Origin: Yuukianura sp. NJ FZ-2021
Lineage: Eukaryota
Length of the DNA: 64,000 bases
Reading direction: 5' to 3'
Assembly: GCA_046563655.1 (NCBI GenBank)
Contig: CM102285.1
Span: 9,734,001 to 9,798,000 of the forward strand
Below the pieces are notes generated by a model. It saw nothing but the letters and a program-made list of their open reading frames with translations, was not told the origin of the DNA and made no database searches. Positions 1-17,048 of this stretch are shown piece by piece (position 1 is the first letter of the stretch; the number at the start of each line of letters is the position of its first letter). A program made the translations under genes and the position numbers.

Positions 1-553
1 AATAAATTGAAGAATTATATTCAGCGCGTCGTTTCAAAACTTGTTCTAACCATGTTTCGCCATCTATCGGATTTTGTATGTGGACAAATAGGAATTTTGA
101 AAAATAAATTTGCACTAACACAGAAGCGCGCCTGTAGTGCGGCTATGCTGAACCGGTACCGGTTTGTAATAAATGAAATGTGTCAACCATCCTTTTGTTT
201 TTTGTCAATAAATTGTAATAAAATAATATATTAAAAGTAATATTTTAATAATACTTTTAAGCATAGGTACAACACCTTTATTAAACAATAAAGAAGAGAT
301 GTATTCTTGTATGGTGCGGTAAAACTTATTTTCGATATTCTGGGAAAGACGTCTGTGTATGAGTCATTCATGCACGTTAGTCTGAAATATTTTGATCTCA
401 TCTCACCGGCATCCCTAATCTTCCTGAAATCGAAGACAGCTGTTACGTCATCCTTAGTGCAATTCTGCAGTTGATTAATTGTTTTTAATTAACAGCTTTA
501 CTACTGGTTTGTTTAGGAAGTCAAGTACTAATCGTTGAACATTGAGGTCTCAA

Positions 554-3776
<3,223 letters not shown>

Positions 3777-4025
3777 AATTGCGACATAAATCCGCTACGC
3801 GATTTCATAATCCGGTTCCTGGTTTTCGGTTGTGTGTTTGATGTTTGGTAAAATAAAAGAAAGTTTTGCGCTTTCATAATTCAGTTGAATGAACTAACGA
3901 CATGTAGCGATATATGAATGATTTTTGAATTTTTCGTTATGACACGGAAAAGCGTTAGCTTATAGTCACAGTGGAGGATACTTGGAAGCAAACCCAAAGT
4001 AATAGATAGTAGATATTCCTTATCC

Positions 4026-5288
4026 TTACAAAGTTATTGTGTCGTCTGGTGTGTTGGGTATAGTTGAATTGTAGTGCTCCCCAGATTGAATCTTGTGTCG
4101 ATGGTAGGTAAGTGTCAATGTGGGCCCTTTGAACTCTTCTCCGAAAAGTAGCGGCGGAGTATCCGTTTGGACAACTCGAATTGGGAGGTGTAAGAACTTG
4201 GACAACACTTGAACCTGTGTACGAATGAAACATTTTAATATACATGTACTTAAATTCTGTGGCTACAGAAATTGTTCATGGTGGGCATCGCACATACCTC
4301 CAGCTGACCTCCCCAAACCGAAGTTGTGGCAATATCATGGCAGTACTTTGCAAAGGCGTCATCAGAACCAGTCACACTTTCGTCCATGAATGGAACAAAC
4401 TCATCTTTGTGGTTTCGAAGGTACGAAGAGGTATGTCTTCTTAGACTCGTCGCTGAATGAGGACTGTGCCGATGATGCTCCAGCTGATGGGAAATTGCTG
4501 AGTACAAGCTGTAAAAATAGGGGTTCTACGTCAATTTAAGATGTTAAGCTTGAATATTGGATTGCTTCTTAGTTATAACTCGGCCGCTTACCAATCTCCA
4601 TCAGCAGGAATATCAAATACTTTCAGTCCTAAATCTTTTAAAATTATAGCGAATGCGTTATCCTCTTTCTTCCATAGTGAATTTCTGACAAGCTCTTCCG
4701 TTTCTAGATCGATCCTTTTTTGTGTCTCTCTTTGCTGTGTGGACTTCTTATCCCGACGTTTCTGGGCTCGTGAGATCTTCGGTGTTCCTGGGGCACTTCC
4801 CGCCTCCGAAGTAGCCGCACTGGTGGTGACGCATGTACCACTGTTCTCTTGAGCATTCAAGTTGACCTGGGAAAGTTCATGACCCAATCCATCGAGGTAC
4901 GGTGCAGACTCCGCTACCACGCCTGACTTCAACTGCAATGCTTCCAGTTCCATTTTATGACGCAGAGTGAGTTCGGATTCCATGGATATGATCTCCGTCT
5001 CCAATTCCTTTTTCCGTTTCTTGTCCGATTTGCTCACGGACTTCTTCATCGAAAGAATCTTTCCTGGAATTAAATCAAAGATACGAGGATTATCGTTTAA
5101 ATTCAACTGCATGGACATTGGGATCGAATATTGAAGTTATCCTTCAGGTAGAAGAAACCGAAATTAACGTTACCTTGCAGTTCTTTCTTCTCCCGACGAT
5201 GCCGCCGCAAAATGGCTTCCTCGGGACGGTGTTCTAAAGGAGTCTCCGCCGGAACATTGTCAAAATCAAAGTCCGCATCTTCTGACAT
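4026..5288 (-). CDS. OTUD6B: OTU-domain deubiquitinase 6B-like
   Basis: N-terminal RHRREKKELQ coiled coil, KISRAQKRR, spliced catalytic DIPADGDCLYSAI, WGGQLE, and C-terminal YHRH...GEHYNS. Confidence 0.93.
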
Positions 5289-5685
5289 TGTTGACTGATC
5301 GTGATTGAGCAATACTCACTACGGCGTGCCTGTAACTAATTACTAGTGTCACTGTTTCAAAATAAATTTAACACTGCTCTTTTTTAGTTGTTTGTTGTGG
5401 CCGGTTTGTTTGGTCGGTCTCGGTGAAGGTTTATGATTGAGAACAGCTGTTGTTGCTGTGTATCGGTTTCGGTATCGACTTTACTTGGATTGCCAAAACC
5501 GACCACAGAGCGACCGTCCACGCACGCACATATGTGTGCTGTCAATTTTTGACTTTCGGATTTCTGAATCGGAATCGGAACCCGGGTACTGACCACTGCA
5601 CTGGGAACACTACAACTGTAAGAATTAAACGTGGAATCGAAGTCAACTTTACTTTTAATTAAATTAACAAAGTCTGCTATATAAC

Positions 5686-7923
5686 ATGGTAAGAAAATAA
5701 ATGTGTTACATTTAGATTTACGGAGATGACAATTGATAACATTATTATTACAAAAGCACTCATATTTTGTATTCCTCTATCCTGTATGTATGGATATTTA
5801 GCATGGTCGCCAAAAAGTACAGCAGACAATCGAGGAAGAGCAGAAGAAAGCCAAGGAACGGAGCAAGAAACTATCCGCCTACCAAGATGCCATGAGAGCA
5901 ATCTTTGCGAAAGTGTGTAAATTATCATTAGATTAATATCAATTGATTAATATGGAAAAACATTATCAAGCTAAATATAAGATTCACTGCAATTTTTGTT
6001 ACACCAGAGGTCAAACTCGGAACTCAATGGCGATCTACTACAGTTATCCGGAAGAGTCCTTGCTGGCAATCCCGACATTGGGACCCTATGGAATATACGG
6101 AAGGAATGTGTCCTTATGATGAGAAGTAACCCGTAAGTAAAAGAATATTGAAGTTCCTAACTGTATGTCATATCGAGAATTGATAACTTCCGAATCCAAT
6201 CTTTAAATCCACTTTTATGTTTTAGGGAGGTTTCATTTGATGAACTTGTAACGAAGGAATTAGAACTTACGGAAGTCTGTTTGAAGTCAAACCCCAAATC
6301 TTATGGTGCTTGGCATCATCGATGCTGGTTGATGAAACAAACGAATTTTGACAGGGTCTTGGACGAGTTGAAGCTTTGCTCGAAGTATCTTAAATTCGAC
6401 GACAGGAATTGTAAGGAAGTAACAGGACGGACTGTTTCGGATAATAGAAACTTGAAATGGTGTTTTAGATTATTCTTAATGTTAATGTTAACTTCATTTT
6501 AGTTCACTGCTGGGATTACCGGAGATACCTGCTGGACAACTCTCCGTCAGAAGTGAATCTGGAGCAAGAACTGCAGTTTACGACACAGAAAATTGTTTCA
6601 AACTTTTCAAACTACTCTTCATGGCACCTTCGCTCGACTATTCTGCCAAAAGTTTCTGCTGATTTTTTGCGGGGAGAACTTGAACTAATCAAAAATGCTG
6701 CTTTCACAGATCCTAATGACCAATCTGTTTGGTTTTACCATCGATGGCTACTGAAGTCACAACTGATACCAGGTAAATATTTTAATTTGTTATTCAAGCT
6801 GTACTTAAATAACACTTCAATAGCATTTCCAAAACTTTATTTTAGAAACACCAACATTGTTATACGCTCATCTCGGTGAACAAAAGGGAACGGAAGTCTT
6901 ACTATGCGTTTTCAACATTCCTGTTTCTAATCCAAGTGGCCTTATCGAAGCAATTAATGGCAGTATACTAAACAATGGTGATCAAGTCGCTCAATCTGAA
7001 ATCTGGTCCAATCCTTGGAACACCTTACGCTCAAAGCTCTGGGTTTTGGATTTGGCTCAGACAGTGCCAACAATTGATACTGCCAAGATCATCGCCAGTT
7101 GTGATACAGTTTCCAAGCATTTTGACATTGAGACCCAGGTCAGCAGTAATATCCCATTTACCCACTTGACAAATGGAATTTGTCCTCTAATGCTATCAAT
7201 CTTCTCTTTTAATTCTAGAACAAAAACAATGCTTAGTTATTTAGACAACACTGGTTTTAACTTGACTTATGACTGTTGGACTTTTACTTTTACAGCCCAA
7301 ATCAGTGGAGTTTGACCGAATCCTACGCGGAGAATTGGAGTGGGTGACAGAACTGAGTGAATTGGAACCCGACAACAAATGTAATCGAGACTTTATTTTG
7401 GAATTCTTAATTCTACGTTCATTTTGTGTTGCTGTCAATGTTATTGAAGTTAGAATTTTGCAATGACTGTTATTGTTGATTTCAAATACTACAGGGATTC
7501 ATGCAACATCCATTCTCTTGATGCGACTAATCGACTACCGAGGATTCAAAGATGAGATTAGTGATGCCTTAGCCAAACTTATCGACTTAGATCCACATCG
7601 GACTAATTACTACTTGGATTTACGTAAGGGCCCCACTTTCAATTTTCTCGCGAAGCGGAATGAGTTAACGAAAAGTTTTTATTTCATTTTGTGATAGTTT
7701 GTGTTGCGTCATTTCAGGATCAAAATATATCATGGAGCATAAACTTGCAGAGCTGCCCGAAGGAACTGATGAGGTTGACCTATCAAATCTAGGTCTAACG
7801 TCAGTCTACTACTTGGAGAGGCTGTGTGCTGTAAAAGGTGTCAATTTGAGCGGGAACCAGTTGCATGAGTCAGTGTCACTTTCCGCTTTACTCACTTGCG
7901 AACACTTGATTCTGCAAAAGTAA
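5686..7923 (+). CDS. RABGGTA: Rab geranylgeranyltransferase (type II) alpha subunit
   Basis: The first coding exon is ATG only (5686-5688), spliced to HGRQKV. PFTA repeats NPKSYGAWHHR, DDRNFHCWDYRR, NFSNYSSWHLR and FTDPNDQSVWFYHRWL, then an Ig-like insert and a short LRR tail. Confidence 0.95.
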
Positions 7924-8337
7924 TATTCGGCGCACTTACGACACCGTGGAGCCTAGTTAGAATTCTCTTGACAAGATCGGACCAACAACTTTCAAGTTTA
8001 ATTCGCATAACCAAGTGCGCACTTTAATTAGACTAGCACTTAAAATCACAGTAAGCAATTCGCGTGCATTACTGATTGTATTTCCTGATAACGTTTTTAG
8101 ATCGCCAACTTTAGTTTCAAAATAACGATCAAAGTTTGAAAGTCCGTTAGGATACTGACCAGGCGAATCTAATCAATTGACATTGACATCCAACGTATAG
8201 GCCCTGAAATGTTGTCATTGCCTGTCGCTATTGTTTTAGATAAAATGTTAGATGTTAGATAAACAACCAGCATTTATACCGTTCGCCTAACCTAAAATTC
8301 CATGCATGTCATTTTTTTAGTTTATTAAAGCGAAAGT

Positions 8338-10394
8338 ATGAAAATTGCAGTCCTACTCTTTGCCGTCGGATTGAGCTTGGCCTCAGCCGCGGTAGTGACA
8401 CGGGAAAAAACGCAAGCGTCGTATGATGAGGTAAGTCTTTGAAGCTTTTTGTTTAGCGTAACTGTGAAATCTTATGTTTCTAAATGCTGGTTCCAGGTAT
8501 GCTACGATGATTATGGGTGCTTTACAACGGATTCACCATGGACATCGTGGTTGCGTCCATTGGCAGGTCTTCCAATGCCACCATGGGGTGTAGGAACGCG
8601 ATTCCTTCTGTTTACGCGATCGACGGTGTATGAAGACTTCGAATTGGTGCCGGATAACAAAGTGATTCTAGCCGACTCTCCTTACGACAGTTCCAAGAAA
8701 ACTGTGTTTCTAGTTCATGGTTTCGCGGGAAGCCATCTTGATGACTGGATGGTCAAGGCCAGGGTTGCATTACTCGCCAAGGTAAGTATAAAAAAAAGTC
8801 TAATTGTTGTAACGAGTACTACTGCATTTATCGTCAGTTGCATTTATCGATACTTTTTCGTTTTAGGAAGACATAAACGTAATTTCTGTGGATTGGTCAG
8901 CAGGCGCTGCCTAGTAAGTTTCGCTCTAATCAGCACTTGATGTAACTGCTGATGACTTTACTGATAACTGATAACTGTTTCCATGTTGCAGTATGTACCT
9001 GTATGCCGTGGACAACTCTCGAATGGTTGGAGCCCAAATGGTTCGCATGATGGATTTCCTTATGGCTGATGCCAATTTGAATTTGGGGGAGGTTAGGATC
9101 GTAGCACACTCTATCGGAGCGCATGCTGCCAGTTATGCTTCGCACAACTATGCAGGAGCAATTGGACATGTTACTGCCCTAGATCCAACGAAGCTCTACT
9201 TCGACGAGAATCCTGAACTAGTCAAGATCGACATGTTTGATGCTACGCATGTGCAAGTCATCCACACTGATACGCATTGGTTCAGTGGTATGGGAAGTGC
9301 CGAATCGCTTGGCCACGTAGACATTTTTGTCAACGGTGGAGAAAGACAGCCAGGTACCACTGTCACAGTAATTTGGAGCTGTTCCTAAGCCAGTAATTGA
9401 TTCGTTAATCCTATTTTTGCAGGATGCGAGGACTTGCTGGAAGCCCTTATTGGTGGAATTATCAACTTGCTTCTATTCGAGTGGGATGAACCGTTTGCTC
9501 CAATGGCTTGCTCTCATTACCGTGCTGCGGACTACTACGTCGAATCCATCGAATCCACGTGCCCATTTGTTGCTCACAAATGCGCACGCGTCGAAGATTA
9601 TAATGCGTAATGTCCTTGATCTTGTCGTCCCTATTTCAATTACAACACTCTCTTAAATTTGTATTTTAAAACCTCTAGAGGCCTTTGCAACCACGATTGT
9701 TCTGCTGAAGGAAGCTGTATTCAGTTGGGATACAGTGACACGATGAACTTTACAAAAGCACAAGGAAAATTCTTCTTGAACACTCAATCTGAGAGTTCCT
9801 TCTGTCGTAAGACACTATGACATTGCAGTGAATGTCAAAAGCATTGCGATTTTTCTAACCTATTATTTACGATTTTTAGAGCATTCAGTTCAAATTGACA
9901 CCACCGTGGGTCCCCTTCAAGACGGCACCAGCGGAAAGCTGACCGTTGAATTGCACTACTCCAGAGGAATTGTTACAACCACCGTCTTCGAGTGAGTCAT
10001 ACTCTTCCGTTCTTTGAGTAACCGATTGTGTTTTTAACCTTGGGGTTTAAATTTTCTAGAGGAACGATGAGAGCTAGCCAAATCCTGGCTACATGGGTAG
10101 CAGTTCCAAGCGAATTCATGGAGAGCACCAAGGAGAAGCCAATCCTGTATGTCAAGTATTCAAGGGGAGGTATGTTTGACGAGAAAAGCCTAACCTTGGA
10201 AACCATCAAAATTTCTACCATCAACGAACAGTTGACAACGGACAAGTAAGCCTTTTACTATTGACAATCTCTAGTATCTTACAGAATGGCTCATTTCATT
10301 TTCATAATGACTAATTTAATTTAACAGAGTCTTATACAATGGTGTCAAACTAGACGATGACGCAACGCATGTTCTTTACCCGCCGACACAGTAA
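8338..10394 (+). CDS. Secreted pancreatic lipase-related protein with C-terminal beta (PLAT-like) domain
   Basis: Signal peptide MKIAVLLFAVGLSLASA, VCYDDYGCF, VHGF, VDWS, triad AHSIG / ALDP / ACSH, VQVIHTD, GHVDIFVNGG.QPGC. Confidence 0.9.
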
Positions 10395-10530
10395 AAATGG
10401 CTCTACAAGAATAATTTTAATATAAAAATATCAAATTATAAAATTGACCCTCGTGATCAAACCATTTTCCGCCTTTATATTCTAAATTTAAATTAACCGG
10501 AGCCAATAATATTAGTTATTTTTCAAAAAC

Positions 10531-13500
10531 TCAGAATAATTTTCTGTCTAACATCGAGTTCTTGAGTATCCTTTCATACGTTTCATGAACTTTCTTGAGT
10601 AAATACTTGTTTCGCACAATTTTACACATTCGGTTTCGTTCGACGGAGTTTTGGTAGGTGCAAACCTTACCCAAATTGACCAAAATCGCCATCACATCAT
10701 CCACAAGTGGTGGAAATGCTTCGCAGAGGAGTTCTAATGCTGATACGATGAGGACGTAGAACTCCGCACGTTCGTTCGAAGTTACTCCTGTAAATTCGGC
10801 AAATTAGACTCAGTTAATTACTAATCCTTCATTAATTATCCAATGAATGCAGATCCTGCTCAAAGTCCAAAGTTCATATGCTTACCTGGCATGGCACTGA
10901 TTGTGCTCAAGGCATGTCGTGCAATTCCAAATGACTTTGGAAGTGAATACTGGAGAGATAAGTGTGCAATTAGCTGAATCGCAAACACCTGAAAAGATAA
11001 TAAACCAAAAAACAATAACAACTTGACAGATTATTCGTAAAATTGAAGTGCTTTTAGTTCAGTAAATTGCGTTTATTTTTGCTAACCTGCTTCTCCGTCT
11101 CTGGTTGGTTGAGAAGTTCCAAAATGAAATCTAAACAAATATGCATCGATGGAATGCCACGGACAGTGACAGGTAACAGTTCCATTGGGTAACCCTGTAA
11201 CAAACATTTTAAAAATATAACTCCAAAGGTACACCGATGTACCAAACCTCATTCTTACTTGAAAGTGAACCAATTTTGCTAAATTAGGATCCGTGATAAA
11301 CATTTGATGGATGAAGGAGCAAACTAAACTCTGGATTTCCTTCAATGTCAAGTCGCAAGCGATTCCTTTCTGTTAAACACAAAACCATTGCAGTTTAAAT
11401 TGTGTTTCAAATTCGCATATGAATAAACCTAACCTCTTCTCCAGGTAATGGCAAGCAAGCTTCCAGTAGAATTTGTACTGCTGTACTGTCTTGTACTGCA
11501 ATCAAGGCTAGTTTTAGTTCTTCTCGTTCAATGTCGGCTTGAGCTCCAGGAGCAAAATTGTTGTTAGACGATGGATTTTCCTAAACGTAAAATTAACATT
11601 CGGCTTTAAATGTTCAAGAATCAGCATGTTAAAGCTTTTGCATGTCTTACGATAACATGTTTCCCAAGGTAATACTTCGAAGCAGCCAAAGATGCTGCAA
11701 GGATGTGTAACAAAATTCCCATTATTGGAGCACATCGGAATACTTTCTGATCACAGCGTAGAATTTGGAGAGGGTCAACTGTTAGTTCATCAACGTTAAG
11801 TTGGACTGAACCAGTCGGAAGCAGTGCATTGCTCGTCATTTCCCAAAGATGCCGAGGGTAAACGTCATTGAGCAGGTACCAGATATCCCGAAACAGGTCT
11901 AAAGATCAACACGGAGAATAGCTCAACCAAACTTATGAATTATTATAAGATTATAAGATTATAAATTATAAAATTATAATTATAACAAAATATTACACAT
12001 ACCTTGAACTTTTCTAGGAACGTCGGGTTGTATAACCGCTTTGATGTTGCCAATAATTTCTTTTGCATGGATCCAGAGATCATGTGGACTCAATTTCTGG
12101 CACATACCGAAGAGTCTGATGATATCCACGGGGGTCACAGAACAGCACTTGAGAGCTGCGTAAATACCAAAGTCACAAACGTTTCACCGTCGATTAAGTA
12201 AATATCTTAAGTAATTAACTACTTCTAGACACTACCTTTCTCGAAACTCCCCTTCTCGATTTGGCAATCGCTTCCCAGAGACTTGAATTGATCAGATTCG
12301 TCTTTCCTAAGAGCTAAACCTTCTTCCAACCACTCATTGACTATACACAGTTGAGGGAAATGTGTCGTCAAGAGTCGCAGCATCGGTGGAAAAAGCCCTG
12401 TGAAGTGCAAAAAACAGTCGGAGTGTTATAAGTTGGTGAAAGTTGAACAACAGGTTATTAAAATAGTAAATACCTCCGGATAGTTCCTGCTTCTTCTGAG
12501 ACTCCTGCAGCAGATACTTGATCGGGATTTGGTAAAACAGTTTCAGAGAGTAGAGTTTACTCTTCTTCCCAAGCGACAAAAGTGAGCGACAGTTTGAGAG
12601 TCGAATGTCCTCGTATAGCAGAACGTAGTATAACACTAGCAACTGCCGAGCGAGATGCTTCTTTTCAAAATCTTGGAACACATCAAGTACTTCTTCGTCC
12701 GTCAGAGGCTCGTTCGTGTGATCGCTAGCAGGCTTCCCGGAAACTTGCTGCAGAGGAGTCGCACTGGGAGGGATCAGTACGGATTGAGTGTATACTTCCA
12801 GTAGTGCTGGCAGAACAGGATGTATTGGCATCTTTGAAGCTATTATTTGCCTAACAACACAAGATAGTCGAATAGTACGGTGAACATGCCTTAATCTTTT
12901 CTTAGAGTTGTTCGTTGTTGGTTTAGTGAAGTTGAGTTGCGCAATACTTTACCTGTAAATCCAGTCTTTGATTGGAACTTGGTGTTTAGTAAAACTTCTA
13001 GATTTTACTAATTGGTAGATGCAGTGGACTGGTAGAAAGCCAGGCATATCAGCGTTGAGATTTTGTGTCACAGGGACTTTTACTGCATGCTCCGCGACGA
13101 CCTAAGAACAATACACAATGAAGGTAAAACAACATACTTGCAATATTTATGTACTGTTTATGCCGCCAGTACCTCCGACATACCTTTTCTAAAAATATTT
13201 GTTGGACAAAGACTTGCTTGATCCTTGACATTGTGTTCACCCGAATAGCAATCTTCATCCCAAGAGTTGCACAGACCAATTCTGAAATTGCTGTGAGCTG
13301 ATTACTGTGAAAATGGATGGCTATTAGCAGCAGAACTTCTTCAAAAGAGGAATTCACGCTGCCAGATCTACAGACAGTCCAAACAAAGCATTATAACATA
13401 CTAATCGTAAGCTAAACACGTTTTAATTCCCATCTTAGCTCGCCATAGCCAAGCACACGTCGCAAATACATGGATAAATTCTTACATGGTCTCTGCTTCC

Positions 13501-15411
13501 TCATTTAGCAAAGATTTCACCCACTCGACAATAATCACTTCATGTTCAGGAGCAACTATTAATGATGGACAGGTCAGAAGAGTGCAAAGTCCAAGCGTAA
13601 CGAATCTGTTCCCAGGCGCGGACTGCGGAGCTTTCAAGGTTAGTAGTGAAACCAAGTTACTAACTTCATCATCGTGGAACCTGAAATTATCATTGTAAAT
13701 TAACAATCCACCATGAGTATTTTGAAATCCTCCAATAACCACTGGCTTACTTGAAACCTCCTATGCCCTTGAGGCCACAAACAAGGCGAAGTAAAGCTGA
13801 TGCTTGCACGACTGCGGAGGCGGACAGTGTTTTATTCTCTGATTGGTCGATGAGTTCTTTGATGTGACCCCAAATCGCTTCCCTCATTCGCAATAATGAA
13901 CTTGTCGACTCTGCTTTCCTCTGGCAAAGAAATCAAACGGCTTCAATACTAACAAATCATTTGGTTTGAATAAATAAGAAACTTACCTTCTGCCCGTTTC
14001 TGACGTATACTGAAAACCAAGTACGAATTTGCTGATCATTTCCCAACAAAACTCCAGAAAGGAATGGAATTAAATTGTGTACAACGTCCCCAGTTTCTAA
14101 AAAATTCAATTGAAGACAAAAAAAAAACCTAAATAAACGTTTACAACTTAATATTAATATAACAAAACGTAGGTGAGAAGAACTTCACTTACCGAGACTT
14201 AGAAAAATTGTGAGCCCCGGCATCCTACATTGTTCAACCTAACCATAAAGACCATAGTGAAACAGAAGAAAAATCGTAAGATTTTTTTAGACTTAGGACG
14301 TCAAGCATAAGAAGTTTAAGCGAATGATTCAGTTTTGATTTTTAGTACTTACACAACGAGATCTGACGAGTAAATTACAATTCGGGTTCATTTTACAAAG
14401 CATCCTCAGTGCTTCCAAGCGAATCAATCCACCGTCAGAGTCCTCCTCACATTTGTCACCATTTGAAATTAGATGGTTACAAACTGGAACCATACGTATT
14501 AGAAACAAGAAATAGTGAAATAAATGCATTATAAAGTACTGTCTCTAACCTTCCATGAAGGAGTCCGGCATGTTGGCAACAATGCGACAAATTATCCAAG
14601 GGCCATGTTTTACATGAAGCATAACTTCACACACCTACAACGAAGTTAGATATAAAAACAAAATTAACCAGAATCAAAGTAAAGCAAGCTGAATTATGGC
14701 TGGGTAGATTTACATCGGTGGGCGAAAGTAGATTTGGCAGCTCCACCATTGCAATGCATAAACTGTCGCAAATATCTTCGAGATACACCCAGTTGTCGAA
14801 TAAATCTGATGTTCTGATATAATAGTCTTGACGTGACTCGTGAAGCTATTACAAGAAATCAGTCATCATTAATTTCGCAATGTCATAATGTACACATTTT
14901 TGATATTTTACTTACTTGTGACATCACAAACAATAACTCCGACAGGAGAAGACGAAGCTTCCTCGTTGCGTCAGCTCGTTCGTATTCGAAAGCAAGTCCA
15001 TTCTGAAGATTCTGTACTAAAATACTGTCTTGCTCCCGATTCCCAAGCTTTTGCCTAACAAACAAAACAAAAGTACTTGACATTTTCAAAGTAGTCAACT
15101 TGAATTAATATTAAATTCACCACCGGTACTAACCTCAACTGAAGCTCCTTTTTCACGTCTATTTCTAGAGCATTATAATCTACAGAGAGCAAGGCCACAA
15201 ACAAATTCATAGGCTCAATGTCTGAAAGTGGAACTAAAATTCCATGCCGGTAATCCTTAGGTCTTCCTGAAATGTCGCCAACAAGAAGTAAACCAGATCG
15301 AATAAGGATTGGCAAAAATGGACGTAGATCTTCCTTGGGAAACTCCGTCAAAGTATCCAGCATTCCAAGCTCGACGCGTTGAAATACTTCTGCATTGACC
15401 GGCGGCAGCAT
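10531..15411 (-). CDS. INTS2: Integrator complex subunit 2
   Basis: Multi-exon with canonical GT-AG introns. Motifs LRPFLPIL, FEYERADATRKLRLLLSELL, LLLIAIHFHSNQL, QLLVLYYVLLYED, CSFIHQMFITDPNLAKLVHFQGYP and CEAFPPLVDDV. Confidence 0.95.
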
Positions 15412-16126
15412 TTTTAATTTTTGTCAAAAATTAAACTGGAGATTTCGTTAAATTTTTAATGTGTTGTCCCTTCCACTTCAGTATTTAGTGTAGTCGCCCG
15501 TCCATTCTGAACAGATCAATGCAAGATGGCCTGTTATGTGCCAATGTTTATCTCAGCTGTAAATATGAAAGCAGTTAATTTAACTAAACAAGGAATTAAA
15601 TTTCACTGTTTATGTTTGCTGTGGACGTACAACCAGCTGATGCTATGTTTTACACCGAAAGAATTGAACTGGAACACCACAAATGATTTTCTTGGAGAAA
15701 CCGGTTGCCGCACCCAAGTACCGTTTCACTACTGTGGAAAAGTCCAAGTACCGTTTCTCTCTTTATGTAAATGAGGTGATGTACGCTTTAGATCAACTTA
15801 TTGTACCCTTCAACGAGAATTTCGTTGTAGCTACAAAATGCTAGCTGGAAATACAAAAATTACGAATTTTGTTGCAACCCTTCTTGTTAGGCCATGTTAG
15901 GTTAATCACCGAACCTAATCTGGAGTTAACAAATTTTAGGATATTTGACGGTTGGAGGTACGCGTACAGTAAGGGGTACTTGTGAATTACGTTGCTTATG
16001 TTAAGTAAGGGGTACAATTGGTTACCGTACAATTTATAGCAACCTGCGGATGAGAAAAATCCTGCCCAAAACTTCAAAAAAAGAACCACGCGACAACTGA
16101 GCCAATCAGATTCACGCCATACCATA

Positions 16127-16137
16127 CTTCTTTTTCG
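16127..16137 (+). promoter_or_regulatory. TCT/5'TOP pyrimidine initiator and short non-coding first exon of RPS10
   Basis: CTTCTTTTTC immediately followed by a G|GTAAGT donor, with CCAAT at 16102-16106. This layout is typical of ribosomal protein genes. Confidence 0.7.
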
Positions 16138-16281
16138 GTAAGTTACCTGCTCTTCATGTCTGTCTGTCGGTAATTTGGGTTGTTTGAATTTGATTTGGGA
16201 CATTGTTGTACTCACAGAGGTCAAATCAATCGATATCACTGATTAACTGTTCAGCAAGTTCGGACACCTTCAAGACTCAAA

Positions 16282-17048
16282 ATGTTGATGCCCAAGGCCA
16301 ATCGTAAGAAGATTTTTGAACAACTGTTCAAGGAAGGAGTAATGGTTGCCAAGAAGGATTTCCATGCACCCCAGCATCCAGAATTGGAAGGAATTCCTAA
16401 TCTTCATGTAATCAAAGCTCTGCAGGTGAGTTGACGTATATTATGGATATTGAAGCTACTTAATTAAATTGAACAAACAAAAGATGATCCTGTTTTGTTT
16501 ATGTTAGTCTCTGAAGTCAAAAGGATACGTCACAGAACAATTTGCGTGGAGACATTACTACTGGTACTTGAAGAACGAAGGAATCGAGTATCTTAGGGAC
16601 TACTTGCACCTCCCTGATGCTGTAAGGGATTTTGTCCAGTTTTTTGTTGCCTTATGGATAACTAGCAGGGCTAGTCCAGCACTATTTAGTTCTGGAATGG
16701 AAATTGACGTTTTGCTGGTGTTCTGTATAGATTGTTCCAGCCACACTTCATAGACAGCAGAGAACAGAAACTGCACGACCCCGAGCTGCTCCTCGTGAAG
16801 GTGGTCCAAGATCAGACGCTGATCGTGCCGCTTACCGACGTGGTGGAGATGGAGACAAGAAGACGGATGCTGGAGCTGGAGCCGCTCCAGTCGAATTTGT
16901 AAGAGTTCTCAGATAAATATGAACAAAAAGTTGTAAAATCTAAAAGATTAACCTTAACAACAATGTAATTGTTTCTGTTTTGCAGAGAGGAGGATTTGGC
17001 CGAGGACGACCAGCGGCACCGCAAGTTGCTCCTGCAGACGAGGAATAA
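16282..17048 (+). CDS. RPS10: 40S ribosomal protein S10 (eS10)
   Basis: [57 protein letters not shown], and C-terminal FRGGFGRG. Confidence 0.98.

Noticed and set aside
7..234. 75-aa ORF at the window start, and the many other 60-130 aa ORFs in the track
   Set aside because: No recognisable motifs. Most are antisense shadows, alternate frames or intron read-through of the spliced genes.
5400..5612. TCGG/CCGA-rich motifs and GGGAACACTA in the OTUD6B/RABGGTA spacer as a hAT-type MITE
   Set aside because: Suggestive, but no matching second terminus or TSD could be defined.
11936..11986. (ATTATAA)n-like tandem run
   Set aside because: Ordinary AT-rich intronic low-complexity repeat in INTS2.
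16138..16730. snoRNAs in RPS10 introns
   Set aside because: No convincing box C/D pair or H/ACA two-hairpin layout was found.
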